A stretch of DNA of 64,000 bases from an uncultured bacterium. GTDB taxonomy: Bacteria; Hydrothermota; Tepidihabitantia; SM23-42. The DNA lies in the NCBI GenBank assembly GCA_965603515.1, contig CBFDDH010000007.1, positions 1,231 through 65,230 on the forward strand. Direction: 5' to 3'. Numbering within the stretch: position 1 is the first letter of the stretch; every line of letters begins with the position of its first letter. The translations under genes were made by a program, and so were the position numbers. Shown here one piece after another: positions 48,275-58,784 of the stretch. The notes beneath the pieces were generated by a model. That model was not told where the DNA came from, searched no databases, and saw only the letters and a program-made list of their open reading frames with translations.

Positions 48275-49546
48275 ATGCTAATAGTGTTAATTTTTTTCAT
48301 GAACATAAGCCTTGGTGATACGCTCAACATCACCATTGAATATGCCATCGAATATGCTCTTGAGAACAACCCGGAGATAGTACAATCAACTCTGGATTTC
48401 AAGACCTCACAAGCGAAAGTTGATGAAGCGCGATCCGTGTTCTACCCCAATATATCAGCCAGTGGATATTATGCTTATCTGAGTGATGTCGCTGTCTTTG
48501 AGTTAGACAGCATGCTCATACCCATGGGACAGCATGAAAACTACAACTACCAGATCTCTCTACAACAGGTTCTTTTCACGTGGGGTAAGATATACAATGC
48601 ATATAGGATTGCTGGTCTTGGTAAAGATGTTGCGCAACTCAATATTATACGAAAGAAACAGGAAGTACGTAATTCAGTAACTGATGCATTTTATGGTCTT
48701 CTCGTACTAAAAGAAATGGTAACGCTCTCGCACGAAAGCTTGCTTCAACTTGAGAGACATGCAAACACAGTTGGAAAAAGGTATAAGGCTGGTCTGGTAC
48801 CTCAATTTGATTTGCTCCGCGCCCAGGTACAGGTGGCAAACCTTAAACCGCAATTGATCGAGGCCGAGAATGGCTTAAAACTGGCTCAGGAGGGGTTTAA
48901 AATGCTTCTGGGGTTACCCCTGCAACAGGAATTCAAACTCACCGGTGAACTGCAAATGGTCGATGAGGAATTCGATATCGATGACCTGATCACAACAGCA
49001 CTTGAAAATCGCATTGAATTGAAGAACCTTAACAAACTCACTGACATTGCAAAATACAGCAAGGCGATTGCGCGTCGCGCAAACCTGCCGACCTTAGTTG
49101 CAGGTGCAACGTATGTACGCACAAAGCCTTTCGGTTTTGGTGGAAATGATTGGGGGACAAATATCACCTTTAATGTCGGTTTTGAATTTCCCATATTCAC
49201 TGGTTTCAAGAATCTTGCTCAATACAAACAAGCAACCCTGCAACTGACAGGAGCAAGGCTTGCATTCGAGAATTTGGAAAAAGGCATTACGTTTGAAGTA
49301 AAACAGGCCTATTACAATCTCCAGGCCGCAAAACAATCCATTGCCGCAGCCCAGGATAATGTTACTCAGGCGGAAAAAACATACAAGATCATCGATATCA
49401 GATACCGCAATGGTTTGGCGACAAACCTGGAATTCATGGACGTTCAACTTGCTGCAATGCAAGCAAGAACAAATTATCTCTCGGCACTGAAGAATTACTA
49501 TACGGCAAAAGCCGAGATCAAAAAAGCAATTGGTAAGGAGGAATAG
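48275..49546 (+). CDS. TolC-family outer-membrane efflux protein
   Basis: ALENNP, FYPNIS, RYKAGL...DLLRAQ, RYRNGLATNLEFMDVQ. Confidence 0.93.
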   Translation: MLIVLIFFMNISLGDTLNITIEYAIEYALENNPEIVQSTLDFKTSQAKVDEARSVFYPNISASGYYAYLSDVAVFELDSMLIPMGQHENYNYQISLQQVLFTWGKIYNAYRIAGLGKDVAQLNIIRKKQEVRNSVTDAFYGLLVLKEMVTLSHESLLQLERHANTVGKRYKAGLVPQFDLLRAQVQVANLKPQLIEAENGLKLAQEGFKMLLGLPLQQEFKLTGELQMVDEEFDIDDLITTALENRIELKNLNKLTDIAKYSKAIARRANLPTLVAGATYVRTKPFGFGGNDWGTNITFNVGFEFPIFTGFKNLAQYKQATLQLTGARLAFENLEKGITFEVKQAYYNLQAAKQSIAAAQDNVTQAEKTYKIIDIRYRNGLATNLEFMDVQLAAMQARTNYLSALKNYYTAKAEIKKAIGKEE

Positions 49547-50431
49547 ATGCGCAAGTTCATAATTATTTCAGTTATAGTAATTGTCTTAGCTGTCGCCGTC
49601 ATAATCAGAGTCGGTGTTCTTAGGAAACCTACCGAACAGGAAGAAGCTGAGAAGATAGTCCCGGTTGAGATCTTTCCGGCACTGACCGGAAATGTACAAA
49701 GTACATGCGAGATCATCGGCACAATAAAGGCAAATAAAACTGCATATGTCTTCCCCGAGACAATGGGTCGAATCACACGTATCCTGGTTAAAGAAGGCAC
49801 TTACGTTAGCAAAGGCAGTAAACTCATGGCTCTGCGTAACGAGACAATAGGTTTTGAATACGAAGAAGGTTACATCACTGCCCCGATCAGCGGCAATATC
49901 GCGAATATCGTAGTCGACAATGGCTCGATGGTCACTCCGCAGTCGTCAGTAGCCATGGTCGTTGAATTTTCAAGGGTCAAGGTTTCCTTCAATGTATCTG
50001 AGAATGCAATGGATTGTATAAACAAAGGCGGCAAAGTTCGCGTTATGGTCGATGCCGCACCTGAGATTCAATTCAACGGCACAGTATCAGAGGTAAGCCC
50101 GATCATTGATCCGTTGACCCGAACTGTGGCCGCCAAGGCAGTCGTTAGTAATCCAAAAAAGATACTGAAACCAGGTATGACCGCTCGCGTAACACTGAAT
50201 TTAGGTTCCAAGGAAAATGTACTGGTGATACCACGCGACGCTTTGCTCGACGGTTATCTATTCATCGTCAAGGACAGTACATCAGAACGCCGCGATGTCA
50301 TTGTTGGTTTAATCGGTGATGAATTCGTGGAGATCCTCGATGGGATAGAAGAAGGCGAGCAGGTCGTGGTAGTCGGACAGCAAAGACTCGCCGGTGGAGA
50401 GAAGATCAATCCGATTCCAAGGAGTGAATAA
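49547..50431 (+). CDS. RND efflux periplasmic adaptor (MFP)
   Basis: ITAPISG, LKPGMTARV, VEILDGIEEGEQVVV. Confidence 0.9.
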   Translation: MRKFIIISVIVIVLAVAVIIRVGVLRKPTEQEEAEKIVPVEIFPALTGNVQSTCEIIGTIKANKTAYVFPETMGRITRILVKEGTYVSKGSKLMALRNETIGFEYEEGYITAPISGNIANIVVDNGSMVTPQSSVAMVVEFSRVKVSFNVSENAMDCINKGGKVRVMVDAAPEIQFNGTVSEVSPIIDPLTRTVAAKAVVSNPKKILKPGMTARVTLNLGSKENVLVIPRDALLDGYLFIVKDSTSERRDVIVGLIGDEFVEILDGIEEGEQVVVVGQQRLAGGEKINPIPRSE

Positions 50432-53400
50432 TGAACCTTACTGAGATATCGATAAAAAGACCTCTTACCGTGCTAATGGTTTTTCTCGGCGTTATACTCT
50501 TCGGCTTTATCTCGGTCACTAACCTGCCGGTCAACCTTTTCCCGGATGTCACCTTTCCCATGATGTTCATTATGACAAGTTATCCCGGTGCAGGTCCGGA
50601 AGAAATAGAAACGCAGATAACTGACCCGCTTGAAAAAAGCCTCGGTACGGTGAATAACCTCGATAAAATGACATCAACGACATCAGAGAACCTTTCTCTG
50701 ATCTTTATGCAATTCGATTGGGGAGCAGATATCGACGCGGCATCAAATGACGTACGCGATGTATTGGGCTTTATAACCCCGTATTTGCCGGAAGACGCAG
50801 ACTACCCGCTCATCTTTAAATTCGATATTTCACAACAACCGGTTGTCATGTATACGGTAGGCGGTGATATCAACCCGCTTGAGCTGGATGAGATCGCTGA
50901 GGGTGTTGCAGATCAGCTCCAGCGTGTGGGCGGTGTTGCCGCATCGTATGCTATGAGCGAAGCCATGAAAGAAGTACAGATAGTACTCGACCCGCTCAGA
51001 CTGAAAGGAACCGGGATAACTTCGGAACAAATCATCAATGCGCTTCGGGCCCAGAACATTAATTATCCACTCGGTAATATAGAAACCGGGAACAAAATTT
51101 ATATCGCAAGAACGATCGGTGAATATGACAACCTCGAGGAGATCAGAAATACGGTTGTTGGTAGTAACAACGGCATACCGATACTGCTCTCCCAGATCGC
51201 TGATGTCCGTTCATCACCATCTGAACAGACCTCTGTCTCGCGAACCAATGGCGTTCGTTCATTATGGGGTTTTGTACAGAAGCGAACTGATGCCAATACG
51301 GTGACGGTCGCGACCGCGGTCGTTAAAGAACTTGAAAAAATAAAAGAAGACCTGCCGCCAGGTGTCCAGGTCGACCTTATTTTTGACCAGGCAGACTTTA
51401 TCAACCGTTCTGTACGCAGTACTGCAGAAACCCTGATCTTCGGTGCGATCCTCGCTATTGTCGTCCTATTTCTTTTCCTTGGCAGTTTCCGCTCAACCCT
51501 GTATATGGCAGTCGCAATACCCATCACCGTCTTTTTCTCTCTCTTTTTCATGTATCTCTCCAATCTCAGTCTCAATATCATCTCACTTGGTGGTCTAACG
51601 ATCGCAATAGGTATGGTCCTCGATTCAGCGATCGTTGTCTTTGAGGCAATATTCCGCCACAAAGAAAAAGGAGAAGATGCCAAAAAAGCTGCGTGCGCTG
51701 GCGCTGAAGAAGTAACCGCCGCGATCACGGCATCGACCATGACCACGGTCGCGGTCTTTTTACCGCTCCTTTTGGTCAGCGGTCTAGCTTCGGTATTCTT
51801 TAAGCCATTAGCACTTACCGTTACCTTTGCTCTTGTCTCGTCTCTTTTAGTGGCCTTAACGATCATCCCGATGCTTTCGGTGCGCTTCAAAACCATGAAA
51901 CGCCGGGCATTTGGTCAACGACTGGCAAATTTCTATGTGCGCGTTGAAAATGTATACACGCGTATCATTAAGTGGGCACTGCAACATAGATTGATGGTAA
52001 TACTCGTCACCCTTGGTGTCTTCGTTGTCAGTCTGGGAGGTCTGGTACCTTTGATAGGCACCGAGTTAACTCCCCAGGTAGACCAGGGCGAGATCATTAT
52101 CAACGCTGAAATGCCAGTCGGTACAAATATGTGGGTAACTGATTCGGCAGTCAAAAAACTTGAAAAGATCGTCGCCGAGGAAGTACCTGAGATCGACATC
52201 ATGTCGACATCAATAGGTGCTGGTTCCGGTGGTATGATGAGTCTATTCATGTCCACCGCGGGTCCTCACTCTGCTCAAATATGGATCGAACTTCCTCATC
52301 GTGAAAAACGTGCGCGTTCAGTCTTCGATATTCAGCGTGACCTGCGACCCAAGATAGAGAATATCATTCCAGGATTAAAAGTAACATACGGTCAGGATGA
52401 TTTCTCCATGTTCGGCGGAGGCGCCGCTATCGAGATCAAAATTTTCGGATATAGCCGCGAAAAAGCAAAGAATATATCTGATGAATTAATAGATACGCTT
52501 CAAACCATTGAAGGACTCGTTGGTCTTGAATCGAGCTTTGGCGAAGGAAAACCAGAATACCAACTGCTCATTGACCGCCGCAAAGCCGCGAACTTTGGAC
52601 TCACACCTTATCAGATCGGCAGCGTCCTGCGTTCACGTCTGGAAGGCACGGTAGCCAGTCAATTCCGAGAACAAGGTAATGAGTATGACATTAAGCTCAT
52701 GATCGACAAAAAATACAGGAATGACCTTAAGAAAGTGATATCGATGACGATAACGACCCCGGTCGGCGAGGTACCATTACAAAATTTTATCAAGGACACA
52801 ATCGCAATAGGACCTGTTTCAATTGACCATGAGGATAATAAACGTATTGTTACGATCACCGGCAGTGTTGAAGGACGCGATATGGGCAGCGTTGCAGCCG
52901 AAGTTCAGAAGATAGTCGATGAAATGCAAAAACCCGCCGATTTCATCGTTGAGATGGGCGGCGGTTATGAAGAACAGATGAACACGTTCAGGGATCTTGG
53001 TTTTGTTATATTACTCGCGCTTGCACTTGTTTACATGATCATGGTCGGGCAGTTTGAATCGTTCAAAGAACCTTTCATTATCATGTTCACAATTCCGCTT
53101 GCTCTCATCGGTGTCGTATGGATGCTCTTTTTTACCGGCACGACGATCAATATGCAAAGCCTGATGGGTGTACTATTGCTCGGCGGTATCGTGGTCAACA
53201 ATGCGATCGTTTATATTACCTATACTAATCAGCTGCGCCGCGAGCAAGGTATGTCGCTTTTTGATTCTGTAGTCGAGGCCGGAAGAGTCCGTCTTAGACC
53301 TATCCTTATGACCGCACTGACCACCAGCTTTGGGTTGATCCCCATGGCACTCGGTATCGGAGCTGGCAGTGAGATGCGTGCGCCCATGGCAAGATCAGTC

Positions 53401-53514
53401 ATCGGTGGATTGTTAATTTCAACATTCCTGACCCTCGTGTTCATCCCCGTAATATACACGCTTTTCGAGCGGAAGAAAAGACCGAAGGAAAACCTGAGAA
53501 AGCAAAGATCATAA
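50431..53514 (+). CDS. RND efflux permease (AcrB/AcrD/AcrF family)
   Basis: SIKRP, GMVLDSAIVVFE, GIVVNNAI, RLRPILMTALTT. Confidence 0.95.
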   Translation: MNLTEISIKRPLTVLMVFLGVILFGFISVTNLPVNLFPDVTFPMMFIMTSYPGAGPEEIETQITDPLEKSLGTVNNLDKMTSTTSENLSLIFMQFDWGADIDAASNDVRDVLGFITPYLPEDADYPLIFKFDISQQPVVMYTVGGDINPLELDEIAEGVADQLQRVGGVAASYAMSEAMKEVQIVLDPLRLKGTGITSEQIINALRAQNINYPLGNIETGNKIYIARTIGEYDNLEEIRNTVVGSNNGIPILLSQIADVRSSPSEQTSVSRTNGVRSLWGFVQKRTDANTVTVATAVVKELEKIKEDLPPGVQVDLIFDQADFINRSVRSTAETLIFGAILAIVVLFLFLGSFRSTLYMAVAIPITVFFSLFFMYLSNLSLNIISLGGLTIAIGMVLDSAIVVFEAIFRHKEKGEDAKKAACAGAEEVTAAITASTMTTVAVFLPLLLVSGLASVFFKPLALTVTFALVSSLLVALTIIPMLSVRFKTMKRRAFGQRLANFYVRVENVYTRIIKWALQHRLMVILVTLGVFVVSLGGLVPLIGTELTPQVDQGEIIINAEMPVGTNMWVTDSAVKKLEKIVAEEVPEIDIMSTSIGAGSGGMMSLFMSTAGPHSAQIWIELPHREKRARSVFDIQRDLRPKIENIIPGLKVTYGQDDFSMFGGGAAIEIKIFGYSREKAKNISDELIDTLQTIEGLVGLESSFGEGKPEYQLLIDRRKAANFGLTPYQIGSVLRSRLEGTVASQFREQGNEYDIKLMIDKKYRNDLKKVISMTITTPVGEVPLQNFIKDTIAIGPVSIDHEDNKRIVTITGSVEGRDMGSVAAEVQKIVDEMQKPADFIVEMGGGYEEQMNTFRDLGFVILLALALVYMIMVGQFESFKEPFIIMFTIPLALIGVVWMLFFTGTTINMQSLMGVLLLGGIVVNNAIVYITYTNQLRREQGMSLFDSVVEAGRVRLRPILMTALTTSFGLIPMALGIGAGSEMRAPMARSVIGGLLISTFLTLVFIPVIYTLFERKKRPKENLRKQRS

Positions 53515-53546
53515 AAGAGCAGAAACCAAAAGATAAAGTCCATAAA

Positions 53547-53573
53547 AAAAGGTCGGGCCCCGCCCGACCTTTT
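53547..53573. terminator. Bidirectional intrinsic terminator
   Basis: AAAAGGTCGGGC-CCC-GCCCGACCTTTT. Confidence 0.85.
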
Positions 53574-53671
53574 CATTCAAAAACAGATCATGTTATCTCA
53601 ACCTCAGAGGATAAGATGATAGTACGGCTAAATCTTACATATCTATAACAAAAAAAGCATGCTGCTTTTCA

Positions 53672-55546
53672 TTACTGAGAGCTATCAGCTGCGGTAAGCG
53701 CAGCTTTGAAATATAAAGCACCTATTCTTTTTTCCCCTATCCTAACACTGAATCCACCCTCATAATAACCATCTTTCTGCCTAACTACGCTTTCGTCATT
53801 TTCAAGGATGTCACCGAGAAATTCACGACCTAAAAACGCATAATCGCTCGAGGCAACTATGACACCATGTCCATCAGTAAAATGCACCAATGATATATCA
53901 GTTACCGCAGCACGTAATTCGCTAATGATCTCTTCAAGCGTGCCTATCTCGTCCATTACCAGCACGTCTTCAACATATGAAGAGTGAGCAATGACCTTAC
54001 CGATACTTTTATACCTTTCAGCACGTAACTCATTCTGGGATCGTGCTTGTTCTTGTTCACTCGTTAGCGCACCAAAATACAGTGCACCGAATTTTTTCTC
54101 TTCGAGTTCGATACTGAAAGCGCACTCATAGAACCGGTCGCGCTGCCGGACTGCATAAGTATCTGGATCAAGGATCTTTGAATTGTACACCGCGCCCATT
54201 GTCCCTGGATCGCTCGAGGCGATCACGGTATTTTGGTCATCAGTAAAATGAACATACGTGATATCTGGTTCATCTTGTCTGAGTTGGTCGATAATCTCAC
54301 TCAATTTTGCCTCGTTACACAAAACGAAAGCATTTTTAACATATGATGAGCCAACGATCAGATTGCCAATCATAGAATACTTACGGGCTGGTGATTCAAT
54401 CGCTATTTGATCATCGGTTGGAGTGCTGACACCGGGGAGTAGAGATTTAATTCGTTCTTTGTGGCGCGGATAGTGAATGGTGAAGTAGTATAACAAAGCC
54501 AGGATCGCGCACGTGATAAACACACCCAAACCGGTATAAAAAATAGCCTGCAGCTTTTTCGTTTTCTTTTTGCCAGTCGTTTTCCCTTCTGGTTTCTGGC
54601 TGAGCTTTGCCTGTTTTGTATCATGAACAGGTTGCGCTTTAATGTTGGCCGGCGGTTCAGGCACATCATCAACGATGTTCATCTTCAGAATATGCGATAT
54701 TTCCCGGCAGCTCTGTGGTCGCTGATGAGGATCTTTAGACAAACACCTCAGGATGAGATGATCCCAGACTTCCGTAATATGCGGGTTTATATCCCCGGGC
54801 GATGGAGGTATTTCCTCCTCTTGCTTGCGCATTATTTCGTAATCAGTGTCACCCTGAAAAGGTACTTGTCCGGTAAGAGCTTCGTAGATAGTTATACCGA
54901 GTGAATAGATATCACTCGGCGTATCGAGTTCCTTACCTCTCACCTGCTCGGGTGACATGTATTTTGGCGTCCCAACAGCAGTCCCGGTCCTCGTAATTTT
55001 TTGATCGCCGACCATCTGGGCGATACCGAAATCAACGAGTTTAGCAATAGATTTTTTAGAAAACATAATATTCGAAGGCTTAATATCACGGTGCACGATG
55101 GAGTGGTCATGAGCAAAACCCAGACCCGACAAAAGCCCCCCAAGAACCGGTGAAAAACTATCGATATCAAAAGCGCCGAATTTCTTGATGTGCTGGGCAA
55201 GCGTCCGGATCTTTTCATCATTAACGCCGATACCTTCGATATATTCCATGACGAAAATATACATACCATTATCTTCAAAAAAATTGTGGATAGTGACGAT
55301 ATTTGGATGGCCGGTCAGTTGCGCGGTCGCCTGTGCTTCGCGCAGAAACCGCTCACAGAACTGAGGGTCAGAAGTAAGCGCCGGTTTCATTATTTTAATG
55401 GCAACAACCTGGTTTATCAAAGTGTGGCGTGCCTTGTAAACGGTCGCCATGCCACCGCTCCCGATCTTACCAATGATCTCGTATTCACGAATCCGTTCAC
55501 CGGGAGCAGGTGTCAATGACGGCAGGGTACTGTCATCATAGTACAT
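53672..55546 (-). CDS. Hanks-type Ser/Thr kinase, one TM, two tandem extracytoplasmic repeats
   Basis: GSGGMATV, VAIK, HRDIKPSN, DFG, GTPKYMSPE, SDIYSLG; two ~105-aa C-terminal repeats. Confidence 0.92.
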   Translation of the reverse strand: MYYDDSTLPSLTPAPGERIREYEIIGKIGSGGMATVYKARHTLINQVVAIKIMKPALTSDPQFCERFLREAQATAQLTGHPNIVTIHNFFEDNGMYIFVMEYIEGIGVNDEKIRTLAQHIKKFGAFDIDSFSPVLGGLLSGLGFAHDHSIVHRDIKPSNIMFSKKSIAKLVDFGIAQMVGDQKITRTGTAVGTPKYMSPEQVRGKELDTPSDIYSLGITIYEALTGQVPFQGDTDYEIMRKQEEEIPPSPGDINPHITEVWDHLILRCLSKDPHQRPQSCREISHILKMNIVDDVPEPPANIKAQPVHDTKQAKLSQKPEGKTTGKKKTKKLQAIFYTGLGVFITCAILALLYYFTIHYPRHKERIKSLLPGVSTPTDDQIAIESPARKYSMIGNLIVGSSYVKNAFVLCNEAKLSEIIDQLRQDEPDITYVHFTDDQNTVIASSDPGTMGAVYNSKILDPDTYAVRQRDRFYECAFSIELEEKKFGALYFGALTSEQEQARSQNELRAERYKSIGKVIAHSSYVEDVLVMDEIGTLEEIISELRAAVTDISLVHFTDGHGVIVASSDYAFLGREFLGDILENDESVVRQKDGYYEGGFSVRIGEKRIGALYFKAALTAADSSQ

Positions 55547-55733
55547 GGCCAATTATAGCAAAATCAATAAACTTGTAAAGATAATATTAAATTGGTCGGG
55601 AATGCTAAGTCTCATAAAAACAAACAGGAATTAAACAAATAGCTCAATTTTTCAGTACACCGTACCAGGTAAAACACCCATGTTTTCTTGACATTGCTGA
55701 GCAGATTACTATACTGTAATAGGAGGTTTTATC

Positions 55734-56735
55734 ATGCGCAAAATATCGTGTATTTTATTGGCTTTGAATGTAATAATCATTAGCATGAGCGGCTGTAAGG
55801 GTGAAAAGGCTACTTTTGTAACGATCGGCACCGGCGGTGTAACCGGTCTCTACTATCCGACCGGTGGTGCACTGAGCCGTATGCTCAATAAACGGGTCAA
55901 AGAATTCAAAATAAAAGCGACCGTCGAATCAACGAGTGGGTCTGTATTCAATATCAATGCCGTACTAACCGGTGATATGGAATTCGGCATCGCCCAGTCT
56001 GACCGGCAGTACCAAGCTTATGAAGGTATGGCTGAATGGTCGAAAGCCGGTCCCCAGATCAGTTTGCGATCGATCTTTGCCATTCACCCCGAACCCATAA
56101 CTCTTGTTGTATCAGAAGATAGCAAGATCGAAACGATCGAAGATCTGAAGGAAAAAAGGATAAATATGGGGAATCCAGGGTCAGGTCAATTGCAGAATTC
56201 AAAAGACGTTTTGTTGGCGGCCAATTTGGATGAAAATGATATATCGACAGAATATGTAAAAGCAGTAGAAGCACCGGGTTTACTCCAGGACGAAAGGCTC
56301 GATGGTTTCTTCTATACTGTGGGGCATCCTAATGGAAATATAAAAGAGGCAACCTCTGGTCGCATTAAAGTCCGCATCATACCGATCACGGGCAAGACCA
56401 GAGATAAGATGTTGGCGAAATATTCATACTATGCAAAGGCGATGATACCTTATTCATTCTATCCCCGCGCTTTGAATAATGAAAATATTCAAACGATCGG
56501 TGTTAAGGCAACTTTTATTACATCAAAGAACGTAAGTGAAGACATTGTTTATGCGATCACTAAAGTTGTCTTTGAAAACTTCGAAGAATTTAAAACCCTT
56601 CATCCAGCATATGAGGTACTAACTAAAGAAAGTATGCTCCAGGGTCTCTCTGCACCACTACATAAAGGAGCTCTGAAATATTACCGGGAAGCCGGTCTCG
56701 ACAAGTACATCGATCCAGCACTGATAATCGACTAG
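55734..56735 (+). CDS. TAXI-family TRAP transporter solute-binding protein
   Basis: IGTGGVTGLYYPTGG, STSGSVFNI, PLHKGALKYYRE. Confidence 0.93.
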   Translation: MRKISCILLALNVIIISMSGCKGEKATFVTIGTGGVTGLYYPTGGALSRMLNKRVKEFKIKATVESTSGSVFNINAVLTGDMEFGIAQSDRQYQAYEGMAEWSKAGPQISLRSIFAIHPEPITLVVSEDSKIETIEDLKEKRINMGNPGSGQLQNSKDVLLAANLDENDISTEYVKAVEAPGLLQDERLDGFFYTVGHPNGNIKEATSGRIKVRIIPITGKTRDKMLAKYSYYAKAMIPYSFYPRALNNENIQTIGVKATFITSKNVSEDIVYAITKVVFENFEEFKTLHPAYEVLTKESMLQGLSAPLHKGALKYYREAGLDKYIDPALIID

Positions 56736-58742
56736 TTGATGGGGGCAATCGGCAGCACAAGGGATAAGCGACGCCTTGACAGAATTATCATAGGTGCTGT
56801 TTCTGTCAGCTGGGCGCTGTTCCAGCTTGCCCTACCCCGTTTTATTATACTCGACAGTATCACGGTCAGGGCGATACACCTTTGCTTTGCTATCAGCCTG
56901 GTCTTTCTGAACCTACCTTTTGCCAAACGGCTGCGCTCATTCAAGTTTTTCAATACAAAGTCTCATATTCCGCTGCTCGATTTTATTCTTGCTGGTGTAG
57001 CATGTCTCGCCGTGTTGTATATAGTATTTGATTGGACCGGGATATCAATGCGCGCCGGCATCCCAAACACACGTGATATCATAATGAGTATAATCCTGAT
57101 TCTTGTCGTGTTTGAGGCTTCACGACGGGTCATTGGCCTGCCTCTGGTCATCATCGCTGTCCTATTCACGCTGTATGCTTTCCTGGCACCTCACATGCCT
57201 AGTTTGTTTGCATTGCGCGGCGTATCCCTGGAAAAATATTTGAGTCAGGTTGCACTGTCAACCGAAGGCATCTATGGCATACCTTTGGACGTTTCAGCAA
57301 ATACGGTTTTTCTATTTGTTTTGCTTGGCGCCATGCTCGAACGAGCTGGTGCGGTTCATTTTTTCAACGACCTTGCGATATCACTGCTTGGCAAATTCAA
57401 AGGTGGTCCAGCTAAAGCTGCGGTCGTAGCAAGTGGACTTACCGGACTTGTTTCAGGATCAAGCATCGCCAATGTTGTCACAACCGGAACTTTTACCATA
57501 CCCTTGATGAAAAAAGTTGGTTATCCTGGAAAGATCGCTGCGGCGACTGAAGTTGCGGCGAGTACAAACGGACAGCTCATGCCGCCAATCATGGGTGCGG
57601 CCGCATTCATTATTGCCGAGTATCTAAGCATACCATACCTTGATGTTGTAAAAGCCGCTGCAATACCTGCCTTTGTTTCCTATTTCGCCCTCTTCTACAT
57701 CACACATCTGGAAGCATCAAAACTCGGCATGCGAGGACTCGACAAGGTAGACATCCCAAGGTTCTGGCAAGTCATGAAAAGAGGTTTCTATTACCTAATC
57801 CCCCTTTTCATGCTGATTTACGAGTTGATGGTTATCCGCCACACGCCAAAATTAGCTGCGTTCAACGCGATCATCGTGCTCATGGTCATCATCGTGTTGC
57901 GTGAAATAATCGCTTCGCTCAAACATGGAACCGGGATTGTACAACCCCTATTCAATAGTCTTAAATTGATCGGTCGCGGTCTTATCTCAGGTTCTCGCAA
58001 TATGCTATCGGTTGCACTGGCAACTGCTTGTGCCGGCATTGTCGTAGGTATTGTCACCATGGGTATCGGCAGCATGATCGTTCAAATCGTTGAGATTCTA
58101 TCGGCTGGTAACATCTTCCTTCTATTATTAATTACCGCGATCGCAAGTTTAATAATCGGTATGGGCTTACCAACAACTGCTACCTATATTGTCATGGCAT
58201 CAATAACTGTCCCTATCATTATCACTCTGAGCGCGCGCAGCGGCATCAGCTATATCCCGGCCATTGCAGCTCATCTGTTTTGTTTCTACTTCGGTATCCT
58301 CGCTGACGACACACCACCAGTCGGCCTTGCTGCTTATAGCGCCGCAGCAATTGCCAAGTCTAACCCCATAGCAACTGGCGTGAAAGGATTTATGTATGAT
58401 CTAAGGACTGCGGTTATCCCATTTATGTTTGTCTTTAACACAGAACTTATTCTCTTTGGCATTCATAACCTCGCTCAAGCACTGCTCATATTTACCATGG
58501 CCGTATTCGGCGCATTTGCTTTTTCAAATGCAGTCCAGGGCTGGTTCATAATCAAGAACGAGTGGTATGAATTCCCCTTATTCCTTATTGCATCGGTCAT
58601 CTTCTTTTTTCCTGCAATCGTGACCAAGCTCTTCAATCTTGACCATAGCCTGCGTTACTACATGTATTTTTTTGGCTTTGCAGTATATGCATTCGCGTAT
58701 CTAATCCAGAAAATTCGAAGTCGAAAAAAGATTCGTCGTTAA
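56736..58742 (+). CDS. TRAP transporter fused 4TM/12TM permease
   Basis: SGSSIANV, EVAASTNGQLMPPIMGAAAF, GMGLPTTA, DDTPPVGLAA. Confidence 0.93.
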   Translation: MMGAIGSTRDKRRLDRIIIGAVSVSWALFQLALPRFIILDSITVRAIHLCFAISLVFLNLPFAKRLRSFKFFNTKSHIPLLDFILAGVACLAVLYIVFDWTGISMRAGIPNTRDIIMSIILILVVFEASRRVIGLPLVIIAVLFTLYAFLAPHMPSLFALRGVSLEKYLSQVALSTEGIYGIPLDVSANTVFLFVLLGAMLERAGAVHFFNDLAISLLGKFKGGPAKAAVVASGLTGLVSGSSIANVVTTGTFTIPLMKKVGYPGKIAAATEVAASTNGQLMPPIMGAAAFIIAEYLSIPYLDVVKAAAIPAFVSYFALFYITHLEASKLGMRGLDKVDIPRFWQVMKRGFYYLIPLFMLIYELMVIRHTPKLAAFNAIIVLMVIIVLREIIASLKHGTGIVQPLFNSLKLIGRGLISGSRNMLSVALATACAGIVVGIVTMGIGSMIVQIVEILSAGNIFLLLLITAIASLIIGMGLPTTATYIVMASITVPIIITLSARSGISYIPAIAAHLFCFYFGILADDTPPVGLAAYSAAAIAKSNPIATGVKGFMYDLRTAVIPFMFVFNTELILFGIHNLAQALLIFTMAVFGAFAFSNAVQGWFIIKNEWYEFPLFLIASVIFFFPAIVTKLFNLDHSLRYYMYFFGFAVYAFAYLIQKIRSRKKIRR

Positions 58743-58784
58743 ATCAATGATTAACTGGTCTTCGTGTTGGCAAAGTCTCGGAGA

